Shown here: positions 10,730 to 20,387 of the stretch, piece after piece
Layout: each line of letters begins with the position of its first letter
Position numbering within the stretch: the stretch's first letter is position 1
DNA from: Patescibacteria group bacterium
GTDB taxonomy: Bacteria > Patescibacteriota > Minisyncoccia > UBA6257 > GWB1-50-10
Reading direction: 5' to 3'
Length of the DNA stretch: 64,000 bases
Assembly: GCA_040757555.1 (NCBI GenBank)
Contig: JBFLWN010000002.1
Span: 19,116 to 83,115 of the forward strand
The notes under the pieces: model-generated
Database searches by the model: none
What the model was told of the DNA's origin: nothing
What the model saw: the letters and a program-made list of their open reading frames with translations, nothing else
Translations under genes and position numbers: made by a program

Positions 10730-12430
10730 ATGAAAAAGGAAAAGAAAATATTTGTAGATAAAAAATATACACTCGAAAAAATATTGGACGAAATAAAAGA
10801 AACGAATGCCGATCGCATTATTTTAAACATTTCAAAAGACTCGATAGCGGATGAGGGAATAGAAATATTTCAGGATATACAAAAAGTGGGAGAAGAAGAG
10901 AAAAAAGAAATTATTATCGAATCCATTAACGACCACATTCTCGAAATTGCCTCACTTGCAAAATTAAAGGCAATAAATCCCGTATTTCGAATTCGTGAGC
11001 GCGCGGTATCGGATATACTGCCAAACAGAAAAAAGATCGTACAATTCCCAAAAATCGAACCAACCGTGGTTGATACCCCCGTCATTGAGGAACCTGCACC
11101 CAAAAAAAGAGGGAGAAAAAAAGTAGAGAAAGAGATCCCCATACAAATAAAAAAGAGAGAAGAGGAACCGGAAAAGGAAAAAATTGAAGAAGAAGTGCCC
11201 GAAGATATAAAAACAACAGAAGCATTTGTTTTTACTCCTCCCGTTAAGAAAAACAAAAGAATTTCACTCGGAAATAAATATATATTTATATGGGGAATTG
11301 CCATAGTCATAGTTTTTGTGAGTGTATGGTATGTTGCCCTTAGACTTCCTTCCGCAGAGATCAGCTTATTCTTAAAAAAAGTTGCAACCGACTTTAATGA
11401 AACGGTTGAGGTAACAACGGCGGCGACTCGCTATTCAATAGAAAATCAGGGAAAAATAATACTTCCAGGAGAACTTTTGCGAGCAACGCAAAACATGCAA
11501 ATGACGTTTAAGGCGAACGGAAAAGAAGCAGTGAAAGAACGGGCAAGGGGAATTCTCACTGTGCACAATTCATTTAGTTCAACTCCTCAGATTTTTATCG
11601 CAAAAACCCGTTTTGAATCTCCAAATGGAAAAATATTCAGAACAGAAAAACAAATAACAATCCCAGGATCACGTGTCCAAAACGGCAAGGTAATTCCTTC
11701 TTCTATTGATATAGAAGTGGTTGCCGATGAACCGGGTGAAGCATACAACATTCCTCCATCTTCTGGATGGAAGGTGCCTGGATTAAAGGGAACCCCAAAA
11801 TATAATGCATTCTACGGAGAAAATACAAAACCAATTTCCGGAGGGGCGGTGGGAGAACATTTATCAGCCACAGATGAAGATAAAAAAAATGCTGAAATTG
11901 CAATCACTGCAGCACTCAAAGACTCGCTCCAAGCTCAAATGGTTGTTCTTCTCTCAGATAAATTTAAGACGCCTGAAGAGGGAATGTTATTTCAAATTAC
12001 AAAAAAAGAATTTCAATATCCCAGTGGTGATCCTGAGAATTTTGTTCTCTACGCAGAAGGAGAAATGAAACAATTTGCATTCAATGAAGAAACATTAAAA
12101 GAGGCAATTTTGAAAAAAATAAGAAAAACAATTTCCGGGGATATTCTTATGAAAGCAGAAAATTTTAATATTTCATATTCGCTTCTTCAACCGATATTTG
12201 ACGACGAAAAATTAACGCTCTCCGTTTCAGGAAATACCACATTTGTTCCAGACATAAACACCGAAGAATTAAAAAACGAACTAAGGGGAAAAACAAGAAG
12301 TGAAATGCAACAAATTATTTATTCTATTCAAGGACTCGAAAACGCACAAACATCACTTGAACCAAAGTGGGCGTTCTGGCTCGGAAATGTTCCAAAAAAC
12401 GAGAGAAGAATTTTCATTACAACGGAATAA
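10730..12430 (+). CDS. Single-TM protein with baseplate J/gp47-like domain
   Basis: TM near residue 185-203; ARGILTVHN, TRFES..GKIFRT, VVADEPGEAYNI motifs. Confidence 0.65.
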   Translation: MKKEKKIFVDKKYTLEKILDEIKETNADRIILNISKDSIADEGIEIFQDIQKVGEEEKKEIIIESINDHILEIASLAKLKAINPVFRIRERAVSDILPNRKKIVQFPKIEPTVVDTPVIEEPAPKKRGRKKVEKEIPIQIKKREEEPEKEKIEEEVPEDIKTTEAFVFTPPVKKNKRISLGNKYIFIWGIAIVIVFVSVWYVALRLPSAEISLFLKKVATDFNETVEVTTAATRYSIENQGKIILPGELLRATQNMQMTFKANGKEAVKERARGILTVHNSFSSTPQIFIAKTRFESPNGKIFRTEKQITIPGSRVQNGKVIPSSIDIEVVADEPGEAYNIPPSSGWKVPGLKGTPKYNAFYGENTKPISGGAVGEHLSATDEDKKNAEIAITAALKDSLQAQMVVLLSDKFKTPEEGMLFQITKKEFQYPSGDPENFVLYAEGEMKQFAFNEETLKEAILKKIRKTISGDILMKAENFNISYSLLQPIFDDEKLTLSVSGNTTFVPDINTEELKNELRGKTRSEMQQIIYSIQGLENAQTSLEPKWAFWLGNVPKNERRIFITTE

Positions 12431-12477
12431 TATATAATTTGTGGTTTCACTTCTCATAGAGTAAAATCAAAGAGTAT

Positions 12478-13698
12478 ATGATTGAACCCAAAATGGCAAA
12501 AAAGGTTATTGTTGCGTGCACCACCGCATTGTTTTTAATTGTGGTTTCATTTTCTTTGGGAATAACTGTGGGAAAAAACGATGGCAGGTTTTCAGCATCT
12601 GCCGCGACTCCCGAAAATTCAGTGTTAAATGCAGATCTTTCTGTTTTGTGGGAAACAGTAGGACTTATAAAAGAAAAATACTTTGACGCAAAAAATATAA
12701 AAGACCAAGACCTTCTCTATGGAGCGATTGAAGGAGTGGTAAAATCACTTGATGATCCATATTCCGATTTTTTCAATCCAGGAGATGCAAAAAAATTCTA
12801 TGAGGATTTGAATGGAAGTTTTGGTGGTATTGGTGCAGAAATTGGAATGAAAGAAAAAGAAATAGTCATTATCGCCCCTCTCAAGAACAATCCCGCAGAA
12901 GCTGCAGGACTTAAAGCGGGGGATAAAATAATAAAAATAGACGATAAGGTAACTACAAATATGTCTGTTGAGGATTCGGTGAAAATCATCCGTGGCGAAC
13001 CGGGAACCGAAGTGCGTCTCATGATATTTCGAGAAGGATGGAAGGAAACGAAGGAATTTAAGATTACAAGAAAAGTTGTAGTGGTGCCCACACTTGATTG
13101 GGAAATGAAACCCGATGGAATCGCATATTTCAGACTTTATAACTTCAACGCAAACGTTCCCTCACTTTTCTTTGATTCGGCATTAAAGAGTCTTGTTTCG
13201 GGAACAACGGGAATTGTGCTTGATCTTCGGAATAACCCCGGAGGATTTCTCGATGTCGCAACAAACCTTTCCGGGTGGTTCCTTCCACGGGGAGAAATAG
13301 CGGTAAAAGAAAGGTTCTATTCCTCGGAAGAAAAAAATTTCTATGCGAACGGAAATCAATCATTGGCGAATATTCCGGTAGTGGTATTGGTAAATGAAGG
13401 ATCGGCATCAGCATCAGAGATTCTTGCTGGAGCCCTAAGAGATCAACGGGGAGCAAAACTCGTGGGGGAAAAAACATATGGAAAGGGAACAGTACAGGAA
13501 GTTGATACCCTAAAAGACGGATCGTCAATAAAAATTTCGATTGCCGAATGGCTTACTCCGAATGGACATTCAATAAATAAAAGGGGACTTACTCCGGACG
13601 TTGAGGTAAAAATTACTGAAGATGATATAAAAAATAAAAAAGACCCACAACTCGAAAAAGCAATAGAACTATTGAAAGAGGTGATGATAAAAAAATAA
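12478..13698 (+). CDS. ctpA: S41 carboxyl-terminal processing protease with PDZ domain
   Basis: [35 protein letters not shown]. Confidence 0.95.
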   Translation: MIEPKMAKKVIVACTTALFLIVVSFSLGITVGKNDGRFSASAATPENSVLNADLSVLWETVGLIKEKYFDAKNIKDQDLLYGAIEGVVKSLDDPYSDFFNPGDAKKFYEDLNGSFGGIGAEIGMKEKEIVIIAPLKNNPAEAAGLKAGDKIIKIDDKVTTNMSVEDSVKIIRGEPGTEVRLMIFREGWKETKEFKITRKVVVVPTLDWEMKPDGIAYFRLYNFNANVPSLFFDSALKSLVSGTTGIVLDLRNNPGGFLDVATNLSGWFLPRGEIAVKERFYSSEEKNFYANGNQSLANIPVVVLVNEGSASASEILAGALRDQRGAKLVGEKTYGKGTVQEVDTLKDGSSIKISIAEWLTPNGHSINKRGLTPDVEVKITEDDIKNKKDPQLEKAIELLKEVMIKK

Positions 13699-13700
13699 TT

Positions 13701-14141
13701 ATGAAGGTTATTTTTCTAAAAGACGTAAGGGGAGTTGGGAAAAAATCGGAAGTAAAAGAAGTAAATGACGGATACGCAAGAAACTTTCTCATCCCCCGTG
13801 GATTTGCAAAAATGGCGATTGAACGGGAGGTGGAAAAACTCAAACGAGAAACAGAAGAGCAAAAAGTGAAACACGAAAAATTGGTGCAAAAATTTGTCGC
13901 ACTCGGAGACGAATTGAAAAAACAGCCGATGATTTTTACATTGAAAACGGGAGAAAAAGGAGAAGTATTTGGATCGGTAAGCGCAAAAGACATTGAAGGG
14001 AAGTTACAAGAAAAGGGGATAGCGCATTCAAAAATAATTATTGAAAAACCAATAAAAAAAACCGGCCCTCACGAGGTGGAGGCCGATTTTGGAAGTGGTA
14101 TCAAAATAAAACTTTTAATCGAAGTGAAGTCTGAAAGTTAA
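13701..14141 (+). CDS. rplI: 50S ribosomal protein L9
   Basis: MKVIFLKDV...[14 protein letters not shown]. Confidence 0.96.
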   Translation: MKVIFLKDVRGVGKKSEVKEVNDGYARNFLIPRGFAKMAIEREVEKLKRETEEQKVKHEKLVQKFVALGDELKKQPMIFTLKTGEKGEVFGSVSAKDIEGKLQEKGIAHSKIIIEKPIKKTGPHEVEADFGSGIKIKLLIEVKSES

Positions 14142-14148
14142 GTAAATA

Positions 14149-14430
14149 TTACTTTACAGGAACGACATTTACGAATTTCACTGTTCTTACTTTTCCGTCG
14201 TATCGAGTTTTTCTTTTTGTGGTAAATTTTACTACTCCTCCTTTCAATGCATAGAGAGTGTCATCGGCACCCTGTTTTACATGCTCACCAATATGATATT
14301 TGGTGCCTCGCTGACGAATAATAATCTCTCCCGGCTTCACCGATTGTCCATCCGCAATTTTAACACCAAGACGCTTCGATTCCGATTCGCGTCCTAATTT
14401 AGTAGATCCTTTAGCTTTGGTATGTGCCAT
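14149..14430 (-). CDS. rpmA: 50S ribosomal protein L27
   Basis: [24 protein letters not shown]. Confidence 0.97.
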   Translation of the reverse strand: MAHTKAKGSTKLGRESESKRLGVKIADGQSVKPGEIIIRQRGTKYHIGEHVKQGADDTLYALKGGVVKFTTKRKTRYDGKVRTVKFVNVVPVK

Positions 14431-14543
14431 ATATTAAATAAATCCTAAATTCCAAACCCTAAATTCTAATGACAAATAGACAGGGCCTGTTTTTGTTTTT
14501 CGTGTATAATAATAGGAAAATACAGGGAAAATGTCAATTATCT

Positions 14544-14705
14544 ATGTTTGAACGACAAAGGGGGTACATCACACAAAACAAAGATTATATCCTGTTTTTT
14601 ATCGGTTTTTTCATTCTCCTCATTACCGCATTTGGTATTGGCTTTTTATTGGGAAATCAAAACAATCCGGCACCCATCATTATAGAAAAATGTAGTGAAC
14701 AATAG
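14544..14705 (+). CDS. Small single-TM membrane protein
   Basis: ILFFIGFFILLITAFGIGFLLG hydrophobic helix; start uncertain. Confidence 0.55.
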   Translation: MFERQRGYITQNKDYILFFIGFFILLITAFGIGFLLGNQNNPAPIIIEKCSEQ

Positions 14706-14792
14706 GGGACCACTATTTCTTTGACAAAACAATATGGGAGTAGCACACTAAAACAAGTTCCTAAATTCCTAAAACAATATAGAGGAGCAGAG

Positions 14793-15200
14793 ATGAAAAT
14801 ACTCATTTGTGATCTAAAAGAACAAATCAAAGGCGACGCCGAATACCTCGAAAAATTCATGAAAAATAATGTTGAAATAGTGGAGGACTACGACGAAGCA
14901 GTACAAAAAATGAAAGAAACAAATTATGACCTTCTAATCCTTGAGCCATGTATTATTCCGCCAATGGTTTTACATGGAGATTATGAAGCACGTCTCAATC
15001 GTGGTCTCATTTTCATAAGTAAAATAAAGGACACGGCAAATCCAGATATTCCTGTTATCGCTCTGACTGCGATACACCCAAGTCGTTTCAAAAAAATAAA
15101 AGCGATCAATCCCAAAATAGAAATAATTGAAAAACCGGGAGATCTTGAAAATCTTGGCTCCGCTGTCACAAAGTATGCGAAAGTAGAAAATAAAGAATGA
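14793..15200 (+). CDS. Atypical single-domain response-regulator receiver
   Basis: KILICD, YDLLILE (E at the phospho-Asp position), IPVIALTA, IEKP; GAGGAG SD; TTGACA at 14721. Confidence 0.7.
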   Translation: MKILICDLKEQIKGDAEYLEKFMKNNVEIVEDYDEAVQKMKETNYDLLILEPCIIPPMVLHGDYEARLNRGLIFISKIKDTANPDIPVIALTAIHPSRFKKIKAINPKIEIIEKPGDLENLGSAVTKYAKVENKE

Positions 15201-15234
15201 AATCAAAAAAGAAAAACGGCATTTATGCCGTTTT

Positions 15235-15987
15235 TTATAAATACCCAACTTGCTTCAAAATTTCCTCATTTTCCCATTCCCAAAGTTTTTTTGCCCCGAG
15301 AAATGCCTGATAATCCGCTTTCCATTCGGGAAATTCTTTGAGTTCTATAATCCCTTCCATTTCACCCCATTCATGTTTGCACTTCCACATCTCCCTGTTT
15401 CCGAATTGTGTTTTTACATTTAACCGCCCGCCTTTCTTCCTTAGTAAGGCTCCACACTTCACACATTTCTGCACCTGATCGATACGAAGAATCCATCGTG
15501 TCTCAAGAGTAGGAATATCATTTTTCAATGCAGCAACATATGCGGATGTTTGTAAGTTATAATCACGGTAAATTTCCTGTGATGTTTTTATATCCAGTAC
15601 GCCGGTCTTTCCTCCAATCGTCGCAATCGCATCGAGTGTTCCCGCATATCGCTCATCTCGATTTACCAAACGCAATTCCACAAACTCCGAACTCACTTTT
15701 ATGTTATTTTCTTCTTCAAAACGCAAAAAAGCGCTCACCGAGGGGTAAATAGACGGATCAACTTCAGGCGACTTTCCCATGAGAAAAGCTTCCACGGTTT
15801 CATGCACCAATGTTCCTTCTTTTGCCGAAAGCTCTTTCATGCGTTCAGCTGCATCAAAACTGTCCATTTTTGCATAAAAACGATAGAGTGCCGGCTTCGC
15901 TTTTATCTCAACTATTTTGGTCACCCTTGGGTACCAAATACCATCAACGGAATATCCATGAGACTCTTTATATTCATCGATTGTCAT
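15235..15987 (-). CDS. PD-(D/E)XK nuclease-family protein with zinc-ribbon insert
   Basis: PRVT, GTLVHE, YAGTLD...LDIKTS...LQTSAY; CVKC...CKH. Confidence 0.8.
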   Translation of the reverse strand: MTIDEYKESHGYSVDGIWYPRVTKIVEIKAKPALYRFYAKMDSFDAAERMKELSAKEGTLVHETVEAFLMGKSPEVDPSIYPSVSAFLRFEEENNIKVSSEFVELRLVNRDERYAGTLDAIATIGGKTGVLDIKTSQEIYRDYNLQTSAYVAALKNDIPTLETRWILRIDQVQKCVKCGALLRKKGGRLNVKTQFGNREMWKCKHEWGEMEGIIELKEFPEWKADYQAFLGAKKLWEWENEEILKQVGYL

Positions 15988-15990
15988 ATA

Positions 15991-17382
15991 TTAGTTTTTC
16001 AATAGCTTTTTCGTTTCTTCATTTATCGTTCCCGCACCCATCATAATCACTACTGCATCGGAATTTATTTCTTTCAATCTTTTGGTGAGTTCTTGTTTTA
16101 AGTCTTCTTTGTTCTCAATATAGAAAACATTTTTTGTTCTCTTTTGAATTATTTTTGAAAGATTTTCCGATGTGTATTTTTTTTCATTTTCATCCCGTCC
16201 TGCAACTTTATAGATGGGGAGGAGGAAGAGGTGATCGGCCGAATCAAATGCATGAGTAAATTCTTTAAATAGTAATTTCAGTCTTTTTGTTTGATGTGGT
16301 TCAAATACACACACAATGTTCTTGTTTTTGAAAAATTTCTTTGCACCGGAAAGTGTCGCTTTGATTTCTGTTGGGTGATGTCCATAATCATCATAGACAA
16401 CAATTTTGAATTTCGAGTTTTGAATTTTGAATTGTCCTTTGTACTCCATTCGCCGCCATACTCCATGATATTTTTTAAATGCCCCAAGTATATCTTTTTC
16501 TTTTGCTCCAACATACTTTGCAACATAATATGCGGCAAGTGCATTTGAAATCATATGAATTCCCGAAATATGCTTCATCGCATTTTGTATTTTTTTTGAT
16601 TCTCTATCTTTTAATGAATACCAACAAACTTCAATTTGTTTTTTCTTGCATATTAACTCAATTTGTTTTTTTAAGAGAAATAGATTCTTATCATCTTTAT
16701 TCACCACAAGCATTCCATACGATTGTATTTTCCCAATAAAAGAAAGAAATGTTTTTTTTATGTTTGAAAAATTCTTGTACCAGTCCAAATGTTCTTTATC
16801 AATGTTCGTAATTATTGCAATAGTAGGGGAGTAGTTCAAAAAAGAACTATGAAATTCGTCTGCCTCAAGAACAAGTAAATCACCCCTTCCTTTGCGAAAA
16901 TTTCTGTCGCCAAATTCTTTTAATTTTGTTCCGACAATTATTGTCGGATCATATTTTCCTTCTGTAAGTGCAAGTGAAAGCAATGAAGTAGTAGTGCTTT
17001 TTCCATGCGCTCCGGAAACAGTACATGTTTCATAATGGCGGGTGATTACCCCCACGGCTTCGGCATACGAGAGGACCGGAACCCCCAATTTTTTTGCCGA
17101 AACCAATTCTGGATTAGTGGGGGAAATTGCATGATTGTAGATAAAAAGCCCCATTTTAGGCCCTAGAATGCCCTTTTTTTGGCCTATTTTGACCCCTATA
17201 CGGTCTTTTCTTAATCCTTGTATAATTTCACCCTCAGCTATGTCAGAGCCAAAAACTGACCATTTTTCAGACTTGAACCAACGCGCAAGAGCACTCATCC
17301 CAATGCCCCCAATACCGATAAAATAAACCCTCTTTGGGGTTATATTTTCAAATGGTTTTATACTTGTATTCTTATCTCTCAT
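15991..17382 (-). CDS. murC: UDP-N-acetylmuramate--L-alanine ligase
   Basis: GIGGIGMSALA, GAHGKSTTT, LEADE, DDYGHHPTEI. Confidence 0.96.
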   Translation of the reverse strand: MRDKNTSIKPFENITPKRVYFIGIGGIGMSALARWFKSEKWSVFGSDIAEGEIIQGLRKDRIGVKIGQKKGILGPKMGLFIYNHAISPTNPELVSAKKLGVPVLSYAEAVGVITRHYETCTVSGAHGKSTTTSLLSLALTEGKYDPTIIVGTKLKEFGDRNFRKGRGDLLVLEADEFHSSFLNYSPTIAIITNIDKEHLDWYKNFSNIKKTFLSFIGKIQSYGMLVVNKDDKNLFLLKKQIELICKKKQIEVCWYSLKDRESKKIQNAMKHISGIHMISNALAAYYVAKYVGAKEKDILGAFKKYHGVWRRMEYKGQFKIQNSKFKIVVYDDYGHHPTEIKATLSGAKKFFKNKNIVCVFEPHQTKRLKLLFKEFTHAFDSADHLFLLPIYKVAGRDENEKKYTSENLSKIIQKRTKNVFYIENKEDLKQELTKRLKEINSDAVVIMMGAGTINEETKKLLKN

Positions 17383-17427
17383 TACCTATATTATAAGCAG
17401 AAATTCACAACTGAAAAGGAGATGGAT

Positions 17428-17754
17428 ATGAAAAACGGGAAAAAACTGACACAGTACAACATAACTTATACGGGAACTTTAAAAAAGATTAAGAATACCA
17501 AACCACAAAAGTTCTCAATAAGATGGGGAGAGGGATATGAACATATTATTGATGAAAATGGAGAAATCATCAAAAAAATGAGATTGGGAAACGTCCCGAT
17601 TCTATTAGAAGATATTTCAATATTAGACCAGAAAATGTTCGAATCATTACCAAATGGAACAACGGTAAAATATTATGAATCCGGAAAACGAATAATGATT
17701 GGTAAAAAAGTTATTGAACTGGAAAAATCTGTTCATGTAAAAGTGACTGAATAA
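17428..17754 (+). CDS. Hypothetical protein, SD-led
   Basis: AAGGAG 6 nt before ATG; ORF of about 108 aa. Confidence 0.6.
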   Translation: MKNGKKLTQYNITYTGTLKKIKNTKPQKFSIRWGEGYEHIIDENGEIIKKMRLGNVPILLEDISILDQKMFESLPNGTTVKYYESGKRIMIGKKVIELEKSVHVKVTE

Positions 17755-17777
17755 TCAATAAAAAAGACGAGGTATAT

Positions 17778-18341
17778 ATGTCAGCAATTATCAAAGAAAC
17801 TGTGGAAATAAATTCTGGAAAAAAGACGACATATGTAAACCCAAAAGTGAGTAATGCTCTCGCGTTCGGTAATTTATGTATACGGCGGGTATTTCCGACG
17901 GCGAATGCAGACGATTCATATATCGAGAAATGTGTATTTTTTGAAAATGCAGAAAAACACATTGCAGCGGTAACAGAAGAACTAAAACATCCGGAAATTG
18001 TGGAGCGACAGATACGCGCCGATGCACAACATCATGCCGAACGATCATTTGTTGATACACAGGGAAAAGTCGGCCTCAAAAGCGCCAAACATGACATTTG
18101 TCCCATTGCTTTGTTTCACCTCATGGTACGGAGAAATATGGGAACAACCTGTGGCGTCTCATCATGTCCATATGGAGGATTAAAACGAACCGACGAGAGA
18201 GCCGAAAAAAGTGCAAAAAAGTTGGCAAAAGACATTGGAGAGGTGATAAAGTCATCGGGATTGAAAAAGAAATATAATTCACCGCATGACTTTCTTGATG
18301 AAACAGTTTTCATTGCAGAAAGTGATAAACCCAGTAGATAA
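17778..18341 (+). CDS. Hypothetical protein, SD-led
   Basis: GAGGT SD; 187-aa ORF; followed by hairpin terminator. Confidence 0.7.
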   Translation: MSAIIKETVEINSGKKTTYVNPKVSNALAFGNLCIRRVFPTANADDSYIEKCVFFENAEKHIAAVTEELKHPEIVERQIRADAQHHAERSFVDTQGKVGLKSAKHDICPIALFHLMVRRNMGTTCGVSSCPYGGLKRTDERAEKSAKKLAKDIGEVIKSSGLKKKYNSPHDFLDETVFIAESDKPSR

Positions 18342-18351
18342 CATATGACAC

Positions 18352-18389
18352 AAAGACCGGTAGAGGAGTACTCCTGCACCGGTCTTTTT
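18352..18389 (+). terminator. Intrinsic terminator
   Basis: AAAGACCGGT...ACCGGTCTTTTT. Confidence 0.8.
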
Positions 18390-18400
18390 CTCTATTGTAC

Positions 18401-18428
18401 CTGTCGCACAATATACCTTTTGCGACAG
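18401..18428. other. Candidate dif-like tyrosine-recombinase site (11-6-11)
   Basis: CTGTCGCACAA-TATACC-TTTTGCGACAG; arms 10/11 inverted-identical. Confidence 0.5.
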
Positions 18429-18443
18429 TACTATTGCTCTCAA

Positions 18444-18839
18444 TTATACAGGCAGATATGAGAGGCCTACCTTTAAGAGTTTTACCACCAACTCAAATCC
18501 CCAAACTATAAAGTTTCCGATAACTCGCAATATCTCGGAAAAACTGACTCCAAGATTCTCCATAAGCCAAGAATTTATTTTATTCCACCATTCCCCAATT
18601 TGTGATTCACTAATCACTCTTTGTCCGATAAGTTTCTCCCCTCCTTGGATATTATCAGGTAATTTTATAACACTATTGTCAAGCTTTATCTTATCTAAAG
18701 AATTCATAAAATCCGTAATCGGGCTGGGAAGGCTTATCGAAGGTGAAGATCCCACCGTGTCTACAGGCACAGATGACTGTGCAAACACCGTGAGTGGAGA
18801 GAGTATAACAATAAAGAAATAAATGAGAGATTTTTTCAT
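18444..18839 (-). CDS. Secreted/membrane hypothetical protein
   Basis: Signal peptide ending VFA-Q; amphipathic C-terminus. Confidence 0.75.
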   Translation of the reverse strand: MKKSLIYFFIVILSPLTVFAQSSVPVDTVGSSPSISLPSPITDFMNSLDKIKLDNSVIKLPDNIQGGEKLIGQRVISESQIGEWWNKINSWLMENLGVSFSEILRVIGNFIVWGFELVVKLLKVGLSYLPV

Positions 18840-18890
18840 TTCTTTATTATAACAAAAAACCGGCTCTTTGTATGCCGGTTTTTATATATA

Positions 18891-19022
18891 TTATCCGAAT
18901 AAAAGGTTGAGTGCGGCAGATATAACAAGTCCTGAAACAACCATATCAAAAACGATATTTCTTATACGTTTTCGCTTTTCGTACATGAGTTGTTCACCGC
19001 GATCTTCAAAATACAATACCAT
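18891..19022 (-). CDS. 43-aa small membrane protein (not in ORF track)
   Basis: MVLYFEDRGEQLMYEKRKRIRNIVFDMVVSGLVISAALNLLFG; GGAGG SD; AAAAACCGGC...GCCGGTTTTT terminator downstream. Confidence 0.7.
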   Translation of the reverse strand: MVLYFEDRGEQLMYEKRKRIRNIVFDMVVSGLVISAALNLLFG

Positions 19023-19070
19023 ACTGCCTCCGTAATTGGTTAAAATACTGAATAATAAAATACCAGAAAC

Positions 19071-20387
19071 CTAAAGAAGTTTCAATTCTTCTTTTACCAC
19101 CACACGATCATCCCATGGGATCTGCCCTTCTTTTACCTCCATACTTTGCTCAGCTCCTTTTCCCGCAATCAGGACCGCATCTCCCGATGTTGCGAGTGAA
19201 AGTGCTTTTTTTATTCCCTCCCGGCGATCATTTATCACAAATAGATCTTTTCCCCGAATTTTCCCCGCATCCTCGCTTCCACGTGCAACTTCTTCCATTA
19301 TTTGAACAGGATCGTCTTGATAGGGATCTTCGTTGGTAATCACCACATAATCAGCCATCTGTGCCGCTATCTGACCCATAATAGGGCGTTTCTTTTTGTC
19401 TCTTCCTCCGCCTTGGCCACCAAGAAGAACAATAACATTCCCCTCCTTTTCTTTTTTTAAATTTTTTATCGACAAAAGCGCCGCTTCAATACTTACCGCG
19501 TCATGGGCATAATCAACAAACACAGAAAATTTTTGTCCTTCATCAATTTTTTCCATACGTCCCGGAACAAGACGAATATTTTGCAATCCATTTTGTATTG
19601 CTTCGTTTGACACCCCATATGCAGAAACTGTTGCAATTGCCGCAAGTGCGTTCCCTACATTAAAATCACCCAAAATACCAAGTGTGTATACCACACCCGA
19701 AATCGAAAAAGAAACTTGAGAAGAAGAAATATTTATTTTTTCGGGGACAATATCTGCGCCTCCGTGTATCGCATAAGTAACTTTTATATCTGATTTATGT
19801 TTTAGAAACCGTTCCTTTTCCTCAATTTCATTATTTACTACAATTACTTTTGAAATATTTTTTTCTCCTATTTTTTTTCTTGGTTGTAAATGAAGTATTT
19901 CAAATATTTTTTCATCCATATCTTTACATCGCTCAAAACTCCAATTATGCACCGCAAGATATTCAGGATATAACGTGGTCATTACTGCGGCATCATATGC
20001 GATTCCCTTATGTCTCCATTGTTCGACACCTTCTGATGGTGTTTCAACCACAACGCATCTACACCCCTTATCGTACATTTCCTTCAAAAGCCTCTGTAAT
20101 GTAAACCTTCCCGGCATAGTCATGTGATAAGGATTCATTCGTTCCTCATCTCCGATGCGAATATTTGCGGTCCCGGTAAGTCCTGTTTTATATCCTGCCG
20201 CCGTAAAACACGACCAAATAAGGTTTGCGACAGTGGTTTTTCCGCGCGTACCGAGTACACCGATCACAATCATTTTTTTTGATGGAAAACCATAAAAACA
20301 GGCTCCGACATAGGCAAGAATAAGATGATACCAACTAATCAAAAACTTAGGGGTAATTTTTCTTATTAATTTCTTTATCATATTCAT
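19071..20387 (-). CDS. murE: MurE-like UDP-MurNAc-tripeptide synthetase
   Basis: GTRGKTT, VPGRME, VDYAH, LIAGKG; EDPY in place of DNPR. Confidence 0.85.
   Translation of the reverse strand: MNMIKKLIRKITPKFLISWYHLILAYVGACFYGFPSKKMIVIGVLGTRGKTTVANLIWSCFTAAGYKTGLTGTANIRIGDEERMNPYHMTMPGRFTLQRLLKEMYDKGCRCVVVETPSEGVEQWRHKGIAYDAAVMTTLYPEYLAVHNWSFERCKDMDEKIFEILHLQPRKKIGEKNISKVIVVNNEIEEKERFLKHKSDIKVTYAIHGGADIVPEKINISSSQVSFSISGVVYTLGILGDFNVGNALAAIATVSAYGVSNEAIQNGLQNIRLVPGRMEKIDEGQKFSVFVDYAHDAVSIEAALLSIKNLKKEKEGNVIVLLGGQGGGRDKKKRPIMGQIAAQMADYVVITNEDPYQDDPVQIMEEVARGSEDAGKIRGKDLFVINDRREGIKKALSLATSGDAVLIAGKGAEQSMEVKEGQIPWDDRVVVKEELKLL

Noticed and set aside
10730-12430. Prophage or contractile injection system
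   Set aside because: No other structural, terminase or integrase genes, and flanked by core genes.
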